In this document: positions 21,839 through 31,165 of the stretch, in pieces | How the letters are laid out: the number at the start of each line of letters is the position of its first letter | How positions within the stretch are numbered: the first letter of the stretch is position 1 | Assembly: GCA_937929825.1 (NCBI GenBank) | Contig: CALFUV010000008.1 | Coordinates: 11,838-75,837 of the forward strand | Direction of reading: 5' to 3' | DNA length: 64,000 nucleotides | From: an uncultured Patescibacteria group bacterium | GTDB lineage: Bacteria; Patescibacteriota; Patescibacteriia; Veblenbacterales; UBA10138 | Program-made: the position numbers and the translations under genes | Notes under the pieces: generated by a model | The model's database searches: none | The model's input: only the letters and a program-made list of their open reading frames with translations | What the model was told of the DNA's origin: nothing

Positions 21839-23077
21839 ATGCCAATCAAAATACGTAAACATAAATTAGGTAAAGTTAAAAAGCTAGTTAGAAAATCGGC
21901 GGTTAAAAAAAAGTCCAGTCTTCGGAAACTAAAACCGAAAGCACGACTTAAGGCTAAAGCCAAGTTGGTTAAAAAGACTAAAATTGTTATTAGACCCAAT
22001 GAAATTGAGGCTCAGAATCTTATTAAAAAAGGACGCCAACGCGGTTTTGTTACTGAAGATGAGGTTTTAGCTGTTTTTTCGGAAGCCGAAGAGTATTTGG
22101 GTTTATATGATGAATTCTTGGATGATTTGGAAAAAAATGGCATTCAGCTGATTGAAACTGAGGGTAGTATTTTGGATATGACTGCCAAAAAAGATGAATT
22201 ATTGCAAAAAGCTAATTTACCCACTGATCGTAAACCTTTTGATCTTACAGAAATTTCAGCCGATTCGATTCAAATGTATTTGCGGGAAATAGGCAAGGTG
22301 CCGCTCTTAAAACCTGAAGAGGAAATAGCCTTAGCTAAACGCAAAGAAAAAGGTGATGTGGAAGCTAAACGCCGTTTGATTGAAGCTAATCTTCGTTTAG
22401 TGGTTTCTATTGCTAAAAAATTTACTGGTAAATCATTATCTTTGCTTGACCTTATTCAAGAAGGTAACATCGGTATGTTCCGGGCTGTAGAAAAATTTGA
22501 TTACCGAAAAGGTTATAAATTTTCTACCTATGCTACTTGGTGGATTCGACAAGCTATTACCCGGGCTTTAGCTGACCAATCACGTACCATTCGTATTCCA
22601 GTACATATGGTGGAAACAATAAATCGATTTCAGCAAGTTGAGCGACAGCTTATTCAGGATTTAGGTCGAGAGCCATTACCCGAAGAAATTGCAGCTGAAA
22701 TGGGTGAGCCGGTGGAAAAGATTCATCATATTATAAAAATCTCCCAAGAAACCATTTCTTTGGAAACCAGTGTAGGTGAAGATGAGGAAGATAGCACTTT
22801 AGGTGATTTTATTGAAGATATTAAAACAGTTAGTCCGGATAGAGTCGCGGCCATGCAGCTGTTGCGTGATCATGTGCGTGATATTGTGAGTGAATTAACG
22901 CCACGCGAACAAAAGATTTTGGAAATGCGTTTTGGTTTACAAGATGGCGTTTCACATACTTTAGAAGAAGTGGGGCAGGAATTCGGTGTTACCCGTGAAC
23001 GTATTCGTCAAATTGAGGCTAAAGCCTTAGAAAAAATTCAAAATCATTTAAATATGCGAAAACTTAAGGATTATTAA
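21839..23077 (+). CDS. rpoD: RNA polymerase sigma factor RpoD (sigma-70), with a Lys/Arg-rich N-terminal tail
   Basis: Region 2 [40 protein letters not shown], region 3 and region 4 ([14 protein letters not shown]...[20 protein letters not shown]). Sits directly downstream of dnaG, the classic arrangement. Confidence 0.92.
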   Translation: MPIKIRKHKLGKVKKLVRKSAVKKKSSLRKLKPKARLKAKAKLVKKTKIVIRPNEIEAQNLIKKGRQRGFVTEDEVLAVFSEAEEYLGLYDEFLDDLEKNGIQLIETEGSILDMTAKKDELLQKANLPTDRKPFDLTEISADSIQMYLREIGKVPLLKPEEEIALAKRKEKGDVEAKRRLIEANLRLVVSIAKKFTGKSLSLLDLIQEGNIGMFRAVEKFDYRKGYKFSTYATWWIRQAITRALADQSRTIRIPVHMVETINRFQQVERQLIQDLGREPLPEEIAAEMGEPVEKIHHIIKISQETISLETSVGEDEEDSTLGDFIEDIKTVSPDRVAAMQLLRDHVRDIVSELTPREQKILEMRFGLQDGVSHTLEEVGQEFGVTRERIRQIEAKALEKIQNHLNMRKLKDY

Positions 23078-23151
23078 ACTTGATTTACTTTTATATTTTA
23101 GTTATCATGATTTAGCCATTATTTATTCTATATTATTAAAATAATTAAATA

Positions 23152-23226
23152 TTCCGGGGTAGCTCAGCGGTAGAGCAGGTGCCTGTTAAGCACTTGGCCG
23201 TGGGTTCGATCCCCACCCCCGGAGCC
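23152..23226 (+). tRNA. tRNA-Asn (anticodon GUU), 75 nt, encoded CCA
   Basis: Acceptor TCCGGGG/CCCCGGA, D-arm GCTCAGCGGTAGAGC, anticodon loop CTGTTAA (GTT), T-loop GGGTTCGATCCCC, GCCA end. Confidence 0.85.
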
Positions 23227-23230
23227 ATAA

Positions 23231-23266
23231 TAAAAATCATCAACAATCGCGTTGATGATTTTTATT
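23231..23266 (+). terminator. Intrinsic terminator directly after tRNA-Asn
   Basis: AAAAATCATCAAC-aatcgc-GTTGATGATTTTT, a 13-bp stem, followed by ATTAT. Confidence 0.6.
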
Positions 23267-23495
23267 ATCACATCATGAGATTTGATGGAGGTCGAAGGCA
23301 ACTCGACTAATTGTCTGTGGCAGTCACAGGGTGAGTACAGGTGAAGATTATTTTTATTTCCGGAGATATGAAAAAATATTTTGACCTTTTATAAAAAATT
23401 TTAAGTATAAATTTTGTATTTTTATTGTATAAGTATATTATATACTTATACTTAATAAGTAGAGTTTGACTTGTTATTTTAAATGAAGCTTTTGT

Positions 23496-24263
23496 TTGTA
23501 TATTATGTATTCTCCCAAAATTGTAGTAGTATTGCCTGCTTATAACGCAGCTAAAACCTTACAGAAAACATTAGATGATATACCACGTGATTTGGTGAAT
23601 GATATAATTTTGGTTGATGACGCCTCAACCGATGGTACAGCTGAACTAGCTCGTTCTTTAGGTTTAAAAACATTTGTTCATAAGAAAAATAAGGGTTATG
23701 GAGCAAATCAGAAAACCTGTTACCGGGAAGCATTAGCTATAGGGGCTGATATAATTATTATGGTTCATCCAGATCATCAATATGACCCTCGTTACATACC
23801 CCAGATAGTAGAACCCATCTTAAGAGGTGAAGCTGAAGCAGTTTTTGGTTCTCGTATGATGGTAGCTGGGTGGGCACTACAGGGCGGTATGCCTTATTGG
23901 AAGTATATTGCTAATAAAGTATTAACGATTTTTGAGAATATGATTTTAGGGACAAAATTAACTGAATTTCATTCTGGATTTAGAGCCTACAGTAGTCGTG
24001 CTTTAACTGCCATTCCTTTAGAATGTAATTCAGACAGTTTTGTTTTTGATACGGAAATCATAGTTCAATTAGTTTTGGGTGGTTATACTCTAAAAGAGGT
24101 GCCTATTGCCACTCGTTATTTTAAAGATGCCTCCAGTATTAGTTTTTTGGCCAGTGTGTGTTATGGTTTAGATATAATTGTTGTTATGTGTCGTTATATA
24201 ATTCATCGTTGGGGTATAAGACGATTTCCACAATTTTCTCTTTATGATAACTACAAGCGGTAA
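23496..24263 (+). CDS. Family 2 glycosyltransferase (dolichyl/polyprenyl-phosphate sugar synthase-like)
   Basis: VVLPAYNAAKTL...ILVDDASTDGT...YGANQKT, a GT-A fold with DxD-type motifs. Confidence 0.75.
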   Translation: MYIMYSPKIVVVLPAYNAAKTLQKTLDDIPRDLVNDIILVDDASTDGTAELARSLGLKTFVHKKNKGYGANQKTCYREALAIGADIIIMVHPDHQYDPRYIPQIVEPILRGEAEAVFGSRMMVAGWALQGGMPYWKYIANKVLTIFENMILGTKLTEFHSGFRAYSSRALTAIPLECNSDSFVFDTEIIVQLVLGGYTLKEVPIATRYFKDASSISFLASVCYGLDIIVVMCRYIIHRWGIRRFPQFSLYDNYKR

Positions 24264-25554
24264 AATATCATTTGATACAGTTTTATTATTTACCTTATCT
24301 TTTTATTGGCTTTTAACCCCGCCAATTAATAGTAGACAGCCGTTATTATTAATAGTGAGTTTTGTTCTTTTTTGTTTTTTATTTGCTTATTTAGCAGTTG
24401 ATTTATCTTCTAAGTTAGTTGAAAAGGATTATAATCATTTTCTGAAGATTGGTATAATTTTTGCAATTTTAACCACACTGGTACTAAATTTATTTTTTTC
24501 TACCATTTATGTGCGTTATAAAACAGGATCTGTTGATTATGTACACGATAATCCGATTCAAATAGAAGAGGCAGTTAAATTTTTATTACAAGGAAAAAAT
24601 CCTTATCGGGAAAATTATTTTTCTACACCTCTTAAGGATTGGCATTATGATATAGGTATAGAGGATTATAATATTAATCCGGCTTTGTATCATGTAATAG
24701 CTCTGCCAGCGCATCTTGTACTATCAATTCCTTTTTATGTGGCTAGTTATAGCCTGATTGGTTGGTATGATCAACGTTTTATGTATTTACTAGCTTGGTT
24801 GATTCTTTTAGTTTTGGTTTATCTAATTCCTCGTGATCTGCAAATCAAGTTAGTAGGTGTGATATTATTGGCTTTTAATCCAATTGCCACAATATTTTTT
24901 ATAAATGGCCGTAACGATGTTTTAGTTTTGGCTATGCTGACAGCTGTATTTTTTTTGGCTAATAAGGGCAGGTGGATCTGGTCGGCAATTATTATGGGTG
25001 TGGCAGTAGCTACCAAACACACATCTTGGTTTGTATTGCCTTTTCTTTTTCTCTACCATTATTACTCATTAACATCTTCTTCAGCTATTGAGAAGCTTAA
25101 ACAAACCAGCAAAATAGTTTTTATTACTGGTATGGTAGCGGCTATATTTATTTTACCTTTTTTGTTTTGGGACAGCTCAGCTTTTATTGATGATGTTTAT
25201 TATTATCCAGCCGGTAACCTTGTTACCAGTTATCCTATTTATGGTTACGGTTTTTCGCCGTTTATTTATTATTCAGGTATTGTTGATTCGCGGCTTGATT
25301 ATTTCCCTTTTTGGATACCACAAATTTTGATTAGCTTGCCCTTATTATGGTTTTTGGTGCGGCGGCAAAAAAAATATAATACTTTAGCCAATACTTTATT
25401 ACATTACGCAGTTTTTTTGTTAGTATTTTTATATTTCTCCAGATTTTTTATGGATAATTATATTGTTTATTTGACCCAAGTATTGTTACTAGCCTATTTA
25501 TTTGCTTTGAATAATAAACCAAATGAATATGGCAGAGAGGATAATAAATTATGA
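24244..25554 (+). CDS. Large polytopic membrane protein, probably a GT-C-type glycosyltransferase or polymerase (inference from context)
   Basis: 436 aa, at least 10 TM helices, overlaps the GT2 gene by 20 nt (operon). Confidence 0.35.
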   Translation: MITTSGKISFDTVLLFTLSFYWLLTPPINSRQPLLLIVSFVLFCFLFAYLAVDLSSKLVEKDYNHFLKIGIIFAILTTLVLNLFFSTIYVRYKTGSVDYVHDNPIQIEEAVKFLLQGKNPYRENYFSTPLKDWHYDIGIEDYNINPALYHVIALPAHLVLSIPFYVASYSLIGWYDQRFMYLLAWLILLVLVYLIPRDLQIKLVGVILLAFNPIATIFFINGRNDVLVLAMLTAVFFLANKGRWIWSAIIMGVAVATKHTSWFVLPFLFLYHYYSLTSSSAIEKLKQTSKIVFITGMVAAIFILPFLFWDSSAFIDDVYYYPAGNLVTSYPIYGYGFSPFIYYSGIVDSRLDYFPFWIPQILISLPLLWFLVRRQKKYNTLANTLLHYAVFLLVFLYFSRFFMDNYIVYLTQVLLLAYLFALNNKPNEYGREDNKL

Positions 25555-26444
25555 CAATGCCTTGTACTTATTGTGGCCATATTTCCCGATTACGTTATGA
25601 AGGAAATGTTACTAGTCAAGAATTTTTTCTCAAATCAGGTCAGTATGCCATTACTGATACCACTGGCTTTAAAAAATTAGATGTTTACGAATGTGATTAT
25701 TGTCAGTTAGCGTTTTCTCCTATTAGTATAAAACAAAGTGATTTAGATATTTTTTATAAAGCACAAAAGAGAGATGATTTATATTTATTAGAAAAAGTTG
25801 GTCGGTTGAAAACAGCACGTCGTTTATTAATAAAGGCGGGTAGATTAGCCATTAGATCAAATGGTAAATTGTATGATTATGGTTCTGGCCCCGGGTTTTT
25901 ATTGGCAGAAGCAAAAAAGATGGGATGGAAAGTAGCTGGAGCAGAAATTTCACCTTGGGCTAAAGATTATGCCAAGCTGGAGTTTGGTTTAGAATTAGAT
26001 GAACCAGAATCTTTAGAATTATTACCCGACGAGTCATTAGATTTTATAACTCTTTGTGATGTTTTAGAACATTTATTAGATCCGGTATCATTATTAAAAA
26101 TAGTAAAAAATAAAATTAAACAAGATGGCTTAGTAATAATAACAGTCCCTAGATATGACTCTTGGCTTCGTAAGTTGTTGGGAAAAAATTGGCATGCTAT
26201 GTTTCCAGCACATTTAACTTATTTTACTTATGAAGGATTAAAGAAAATGTTAGATCAGAAAGGATTGGAAATTATTTATAAAAGAAGCCATTTGGTTTAT
26301 TTTTCACTAAGTTATTTATGGTGTCGCATTGTTTGTATATTTGGTGGCAAACCGGTTTATAAACAAGGCTTGTTATCAAGGTTATTAATTCCTATTAATT
26401 TAGGTGATGAATTAGAAATTTATGCTCGCCGAAAGGTAAATTGA
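25551..26444 (+). CDS. Class I SAM-dependent methyltransferase
   Basis: Glycine-rich SAM motif LYDYGSGPGFLL and acidic motif ITLCDVLEHL, N-terminal Cys pairs (CTYCGH...CDYC); 4-nt overlap with the upstream gene. Confidence 0.65.
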   Translation: MTMPCTYCGHISRLRYEGNVTSQEFFLKSGQYAITDTTGFKKLDVYECDYCQLAFSPISIKQSDLDIFYKAQKRDDLYLLEKVGRLKTARRLLIKAGRLAIRSNGKLYDYGSGPGFLLAEAKKMGWKVAGAEISPWAKDYAKLEFGLELDEPESLELLPDESLDFITLCDVLEHLLDPVSLLKIVKNKIKQDGLVIITVPRYDSWLRKLLGKNWHAMFPAHLTYFTYEGLKKMLDQKGLEIIYKRSHLVYFSLSYLWCRIVCIFGGKPVYKQGLLSRLLIPINLGDELEIYARRKVN

Positions 26445-26613
26445 GTTTATATTTCTTCAAATTATTAATATTGAAATATAAATTTTAAGATTTATTATTT
26501 CATCAAGATTTGTGAATAATAAAATTACCCTAAGAAGTTGTTTATTGTATTATCAGTTATATAATTGAAATATTGTTGTAATTTTAATAAAAAGATAAAA
26601 TGATTGTATAAAG

Positions 26614-27615
26614 ATGAAAAATCATAATCCTAATCAATACCCACACGAATCTGCTGGCCGGATTTTGACAATTAAAGTACCCGCTGTAAACGAATTGGCT
26701 AAAGTAGGTGATATAGAATCAATGTTGACAAAAAATAGCAGCGATTTTGATAGTATTGATTATGTTTATGTTTTAGGCAACCACGGGGAGTTAAAAGGAG
26801 TAGTTTCGGTACGAGAAGTATTTCAGCAAGAGTCAGATGTTTTGGTTAGTAAAGTAATGTCACCGGCTTCAGTAACAGTTAGGCCATATACAGATCAAGA
26901 GCGGGTGGCCTTATTAGCTTTAAGGCATTCTTTAAAAGCTGTACCAGTAGTAGATAAAGACAATTTTTTTATAGGTATTGTGCCCCATAACGCTATTTTG
27001 AAGATATTAGATCAGGAAGCAGTGGAGGATATCTTACGTTTAGGCGGCGTCTATCAAGGTAAAGCTGAATTAACTAGTTACGATAGGGTTTTAGAGTTAC
27101 CCATAACCAAATCATTAAAACATCGCTTACCCTGGTTGATTTTAGGATTGATTGGTGGATTTGTAGCCGCGGCTATAATTGGCGTATTTGAACATACTTT
27201 ATCTCAAAACTTGACTCTAGCCGCCTTTATTCCCTTAGTGGTTTATATGGCGAATGCTGTTGGTATACAAACTGAAGCTTTTATCATACGTGAATTGGCA
27301 GTTAATCCGACTTTAGTTTTTAAAAAATATTTTCAAAGACAGTTTGTTGTAGTGGCATTAATCGGGTTTACTATGAGCTTTTTGCTTTATTTTGTAAGTT
27401 TATTTATTTATCATCAAACACAGTTAAGTTTTGTTTTGGGAACATCACTTTTTATAGCCACACTCACCTCAATTATTACTGGTTTAATAATTCCTTATAC
27501 TTTTAGTCGTTTAAAACAAGATCCGGCTAATGCCAGTGGCCCTATAGCTACAATTTTGCAGGATATTATTAGTGTAATAGTGTATTTCGGCGTAGCAAAG
27601 TTACTTTTATCTTGA
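26614..27615 (+). CDS. mgtE: Magnesium transporter MgtE (CBS pair plus MgtE membrane domain)
   Basis: N-terminal CBS-like region (VMSPASVTVRPYTDQERV...AVPVVDKDNFFIGIV), then five TM helices with the D-rich motif typical of MgtE. Confidence 0.65.
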   Translation: MKNHNPNQYPHESAGRILTIKVPAVNELAKVGDIESMLTKNSSDFDSIDYVYVLGNHGELKGVVSVREVFQQESDVLVSKVMSPASVTVRPYTDQERVALLALRHSLKAVPVVDKDNFFIGIVPHNAILKILDQEAVEDILRLGGVYQGKAELTSYDRVLELPITKSLKHRLPWLILGLIGGFVAAAIIGVFEHTLSQNLTLAAFIPLVVYMANAVGIQTEAFIIRELAVNPTLVFKKYFQRQFVVVALIGFTMSFLLYFVSLFIYHQTQLSFVLGTSLFIATLTSIITGLIIPYTFSRLKQDPANASGPIATILQDIISVIVYFGVAKLLLS

Positions 27616-27634
27616 GTACTTAATCTTTAGGCTC

Positions 27635-28003
27635 TTGACATGTTTTTGGATTTTGCTATCATATGAATATATGTTCATATATAAACGTTGCCATTGTTCG
27701 CTTAAGCCACCAAAACAACGGATTAGTCTAGCCAAACTACAGGAGCACAGTAAGCTTTTAAAGATTATTACCGTGCCTAGGCGTATGCAACTATTGTTGC
27801 TCTTGGCACAAAAAGCCCACTGCGTTTGCGATTTGATGGAGCATACTGGCATGTCGCAAACATTGGTTTCTCATCATGTAACAGATATGGCTAAAGCTGG
27901 TTTACTTGTGGGACAGCGTAATAGTAAATATGTTGATTATCATCTTACTCCTAAAGGTAAAATAATAATTAGACATTTAATTAATTGTTTAAAAAAAATA
28001 TGA
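27635..28003 (+). CDS. ArsR/SmtB-family transcriptional regulator
   Basis: HTH LLKIITVPRRMQLLLLLAQKAHCVCDLMEHTGMSQTLVSHHVTDMAKAGLL with paired Cys (CVCD) before the recognition helix, as in metal-sensing ArsR/SmtB. Confidence 0.6.
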   Translation: MTCFWILLSYEYMFIYKRCHCSLKPPKQRISLAKLQEHSKLLKIITVPRRMQLLLLLAQKAHCVCDLMEHTGMSQTLVSHHVTDMAKAGLLVGQRNSKYVDYHLTPKGKIIIRHLINCLKKI

Positions 28004-28236
28004 AAATAACTATATTTGGCACCGGATGCCCTAAATGTATAATGTTGGAAAATTTAGCTAAACAAGCTGTAGCTGAGCTTAATTTAGCCGAAGCTACGGT
28101 TGAGCATGAATATGATATTGAACGGATTATAGAGGAAGGAATTATGAGTACGCCAGCACTCAAAATTGATGGCAGTATTATGTGCGCTGGTAGGCTGCCT
28201 AGTTTAGATGAACTTAAAAGTTGGTTAAAAAATTAA
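28000..28236 (+). CDS. Small thioredoxin-fold protein with CPKC (redox-active disulfide protein 2 / glutaredoxin-like)
   Basis: MKITIFGTGCPKC... is 78 aa. Its start overlaps the ArsR stop (ATGA). The track's earlier start at 27985 is less likely. Confidence 0.6.
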   Translation: MKITIFGTGCPKCIMLENLAKQAVAELNLAEATVEHEYDIERIIEEGIMSTPALKIDGSIMCAGRLPSLDELKSWLKN

Positions 28237-28240
28237 GAAT

Positions 28241-29359
28241 ATGACCGAACGAACTAAATTCAGCCTTATTATTGGCGTTTTTCTAGTATTGTATTTTATC
28301 CCCGTAGATTTAACGGCTTTAGGTCAGGGTTTTATTTCTGGGGTGACCTTATTGCAAGAATATGCGCGTCAACACGTGCTCACTTGTTTGGTGCCGGCCT
28401 TCTTCATTGCTGGAGCGATAGCTGTTTTTGTAAAACAGGATTGGGTATTAAAATATTTGAGCGGTAAGGATAAGCCTTGGCGAGCTTATACTTTAGCCTC
28501 TGTTTCAGGCGCTCTTTTGGCTGTATGTTCTTGCACTATTCTGCCATTGTTTGCCGGTATATGGAAACGTGGGGCCGGATTAGGGCCAGCTGTCACTTTT
28601 TTATTTTCCGGGCCGGCTATTAATGTAGGAGCTATATTTTTAACTGCTTCTGTGTTGGGTTTTCCTCTTGGCTTAGCGCGTGGTCTAGCCGCCATAGCAC
28701 TTTCAATTTTAATTGGATTTATTATGCATTGGTTTTTTAAAGGAGTTAATAGTATTAATTCTCAGCAGACGTCAGTGATAACAGGAAGTGAATTGGTGGT
28801 AGTAAAAAAATCAGCACTTATTTTATTTTTTGGATCGCTAGTAGGTATATTGGTAGTTAATGGAATATCTTTTTTGCCGGTAGCAAAATACAGCCTGATT
28901 GGTTTTTTAGTAGCTGTGGTGATATGGGTAGCAATGTTTTCTTTTTCCCGAAACATTAGGCAGCAGTGGCTGCAAGAAACTTGGAGTTTAACTAAACTTT
29001 TAGCGCCAGTATTGTTTATAGGAGTATTTATTGTGGGATTTATCATGCCATTTTTGCCCGAAAGTTTAATATCTGATTTGGTAGGTAATAGTACACTAAG
29101 CGCCAATTTTATTGCCGGAGCCTTTGGTGTTTTAATGTATTTTTCTACCTTAACTGAGGTGCCAATCGTTCAGGCTCTAATGGCTAAGGGCATGGTTGCT
29201 GGCCCGGCCCTAACCTTGCTTTTGGCTGGACCAGCGTTAAGTTTACCCAGTATGTTAGTGATAAGAAAAGTTTTAGGGAATACCAAAACAGCGGTTTATG
29301 TAGGCCTAGCTCTATTCTTTTCATCTTTTGCCGGTTTTATTTATGGATTATTAGTTTAA
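28241..29359 (+). CDS. Permease, DUF318-like (often found next to ArsR and thioredoxin-like genes)
   Basis: 372 aa, about 8-10 TM helices, two internally repeated halves with Cys (CSCTILPLFAG); recognition plus context. Confidence 0.5.
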   Translation: MTERTKFSLIIGVFLVLYFIPVDLTALGQGFISGVTLLQEYARQHVLTCLVPAFFIAGAIAVFVKQDWVLKYLSGKDKPWRAYTLASVSGALLAVCSCTILPLFAGIWKRGAGLGPAVTFLFSGPAINVGAIFLTASVLGFPLGLARGLAAIALSILIGFIMHWFFKGVNSINSQQTSVITGSELVVVKKSALILFFGSLVGILVVNGISFLPVAKYSLIGFLVAVVIWVAMFSFSRNIRQQWLQETWSLTKLLAPVLFIGVFIVGFIMPFLPESLISDLVGNSTLSANFIAGAFGVLMYFSTLTEVPIVQALMAKGMVAGPALTLLLAGPALSLPSMLVIRKVLGNTKTAVYVGLALFFSSFAGFIYGLLV

Positions 29360-29364
29360 AAAAT

Positions 29365-30690
29365 ATGCTCAAAAAAATAATATCAATAATATTTATTGCC
29401 ATTATTTTTTTTTCTCCCACCATAAACTCAGCTCAAAGTAGTGTGCCGGTCTATTTTTTTTGGGGAGATGGTTGTCCGCATTGTGTGGCGGCTAAACCTT
29501 TTTTACAGGAGTTGGAACGACAAAACCCCAGTGTTAAAGTATATTCTTTTGAAGTTTGGTACAGTACTGCTAATCGGAAATTATTAACAGATACAGCTAA
29601 AGAATTGAAAATAGATGTCAAGGGTGTGCCTTTTATTGTAGTGGGACAGGAATATGTAACTGGTTTTTATAATGCTGAAACCACAGGCAGACAAATACAA
29701 ACCTATGTGGAAAGATGTATGGCGGCTGGTTGTGTAGATATTGTTGGTCCACTGGCAGGACTTACGTCAGTCAAACCATTAGCACCAGAACCACCTATTG
29801 GTTCGGCTGATACTAAACCACAACCGGTAGAGCCGGTAGACACATTTATAGAAATAAATCCGCAGCCAGAGGAATCGGAATTATCAATTAAGACAGAGGA
29901 TCAGAGTAATATCGCAATAGAAGAAGATCTAAGTCCGATTCCGGAAAGTTTACGTTTACCTTTAGTGGGTGAGATTAAAACAAAACACTTATCATTGCCA
30001 TTACTAACCATTATTATTGCCGCGCTTGATGGTTTTAATCCATGTGCCATGTGGGTTTTGGTTTTTTTAATTGGTTTATTGTTGGGTGTAACTGATGTTA
30101 AACGGCGTTGGTTATTAGGCAGTACTTTCATAGTAGCCTCAGCCGCGGTCTATTTTGTTTTCCTGGCTGCCTGGCTTAACCTGATTCTTTTTATTGGCGC
30201 TATTTTAATAATAAGAATCATAATTGGTTTGGTAGCCATTGGTGGTGGAGCTTATAGTTTGCGGGAATATTTCCTAAAGCGGGATGAAACTTGCAAAGTA
30301 ACCGCGCCAGATAAGCGCCGGCGGGTTTTTGATCGCCTAAAGGCCATCAGCCAAGAAAAAAGATTATGGTTAGCTCTAGGTGGTATTATTCTCTTAGCTT
30401 TTGCCGTTAATTTGGTAGAGCTTATTTGTTCGGCTGGATTGCCGGCGGTTTATACACAGATATTAGCTTTGTCGCCCATGCCTCATTGGCAATATTATCT
30501 TTATCTTCTTCTCTACATATTTATTTTTATGCTGGATGATATGATAGTGTTTGCTGTGGCTATGGTCACTCTACAAATTACCGGTTTGACTACTAAATAT
30601 ACCCGTTGGGCTCATCTAATTGGTGGTATACTCATGGTTATAGTTGGCCTGCTACTCATATTTAAGCCTCAATGGTTGATGTTTGGTTAG
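29365..30690 (+). CDS. Thioredoxin/DsbA-like domain (CPHC) fused to a DsbD/CcdA-like two-cysteine membrane domain (ScsB/DsbD-like)
   Basis: Signal/anchor, then FFWGDGCPHCVAAKPF (Trx fold), a linker, and TM helices carrying GFNPCAMWV and ICSAGLP, which correspond to the CcdA cysteines. Confidence 0.5.
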   Translation: MLKKIISIIFIAIIFFSPTINSAQSSVPVYFFWGDGCPHCVAAKPFLQELERQNPSVKVYSFEVWYSTANRKLLTDTAKELKIDVKGVPFIVVGQEYVTGFYNAETTGRQIQTYVERCMAAGCVDIVGPLAGLTSVKPLAPEPPIGSADTKPQPVEPVDTFIEINPQPEESELSIKTEDQSNIAIEEDLSPIPESLRLPLVGEIKTKHLSLPLLTIIIAALDGFNPCAMWVLVFLIGLLLGVTDVKRRWLLGSTFIVASAAVYFVFLAAWLNLILFIGAILIIRIIIGLVAIGGGAYSLREYFLKRDETCKVTAPDKRRRVFDRLKAISQEKRLWLALGGIILLAFAVNLVELICSAGLPAVYTQILALSPMPHWQYYLYLLLYIFIFMLDDMIVFAVAMVTLQITGLTTKYTRWAHLIGGILMVIVGLLLIFKPQWLMFG

Positions 30691-30706
30691 CTGATTACTT
30701 AATAAA

Positions 30707-31165
30707 ATGTCAATAAATTTTATAAGACACAATAAATTAATATTATTATTTTTAGCATTATTTTTATTAACAGGCTGTAGTCAAGTTCCTGTTGAAAACA
30801 GGGAAAATTTTTCAAGAGCAAACCAGCCACCTGATAAAATTGTGGTAGTACATTTTCATGGCACCCAGCAATGCTGGTCGTGTATTACCGTCGGCAAGTA
30901 CGCTCTTAAAACAATTAAAGAAAAATTTTCCGAAGAATACTCTAATGGTTTAATAGAGTTTAAGGATATAAATGGTGAATTACCAGCTAATAGGGATATA
31001 GTCATTAAATATCAAGCCCGTGGTTCTTCTTTATATGTGAACACAATAATCGCTGGCCAAGATAATATAAAAGAAGATGTTACTGTTTGGCGGCTAGTAA
31101 ATAATGAAAACCAATTTATTAGTTATTTTGAAGGTGTGCTGAAAAATTTATTAGCTAAAAAATAA
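30707..31165 (+). CDS. Lipoprotein with CxxC motif (putative extracytoplasmic thiol-disulfide oxidoreductase, TlpA/ScsD-like)
   Basis: Lipobox LLTGC, then VVHFHGTQQCWSCITVG. Confidence 0.45.
   Translation: MSINFIRHNKLILLFLALFLLTGCSQVPVENRENFSRANQPPDKIVVVHFHGTQQCWSCITVGKYALKTIKEKFSEEYSNGLIEFKDINGELPANRDIVIKYQARGSSLYVNTIIAGQDNIKEDVTVWRLVNNENQFISYFEGVLKNLLAKK

Noticed and set aside
26445-26613. Possible M-box (Mg2+) riboswitch upstream of mgtE
   Set aside because: The leader is about 85% AT with no GC-paired helices, which is incompatible with the M-box fold.
23152-27615. Possible tRNA-Asn-associated genomic island
   Set aside because: No integrase or recombinase, no direct repeat of the tRNA 3' end, and no compositional shift. 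The downstream genes are glycosylation and transport functions.
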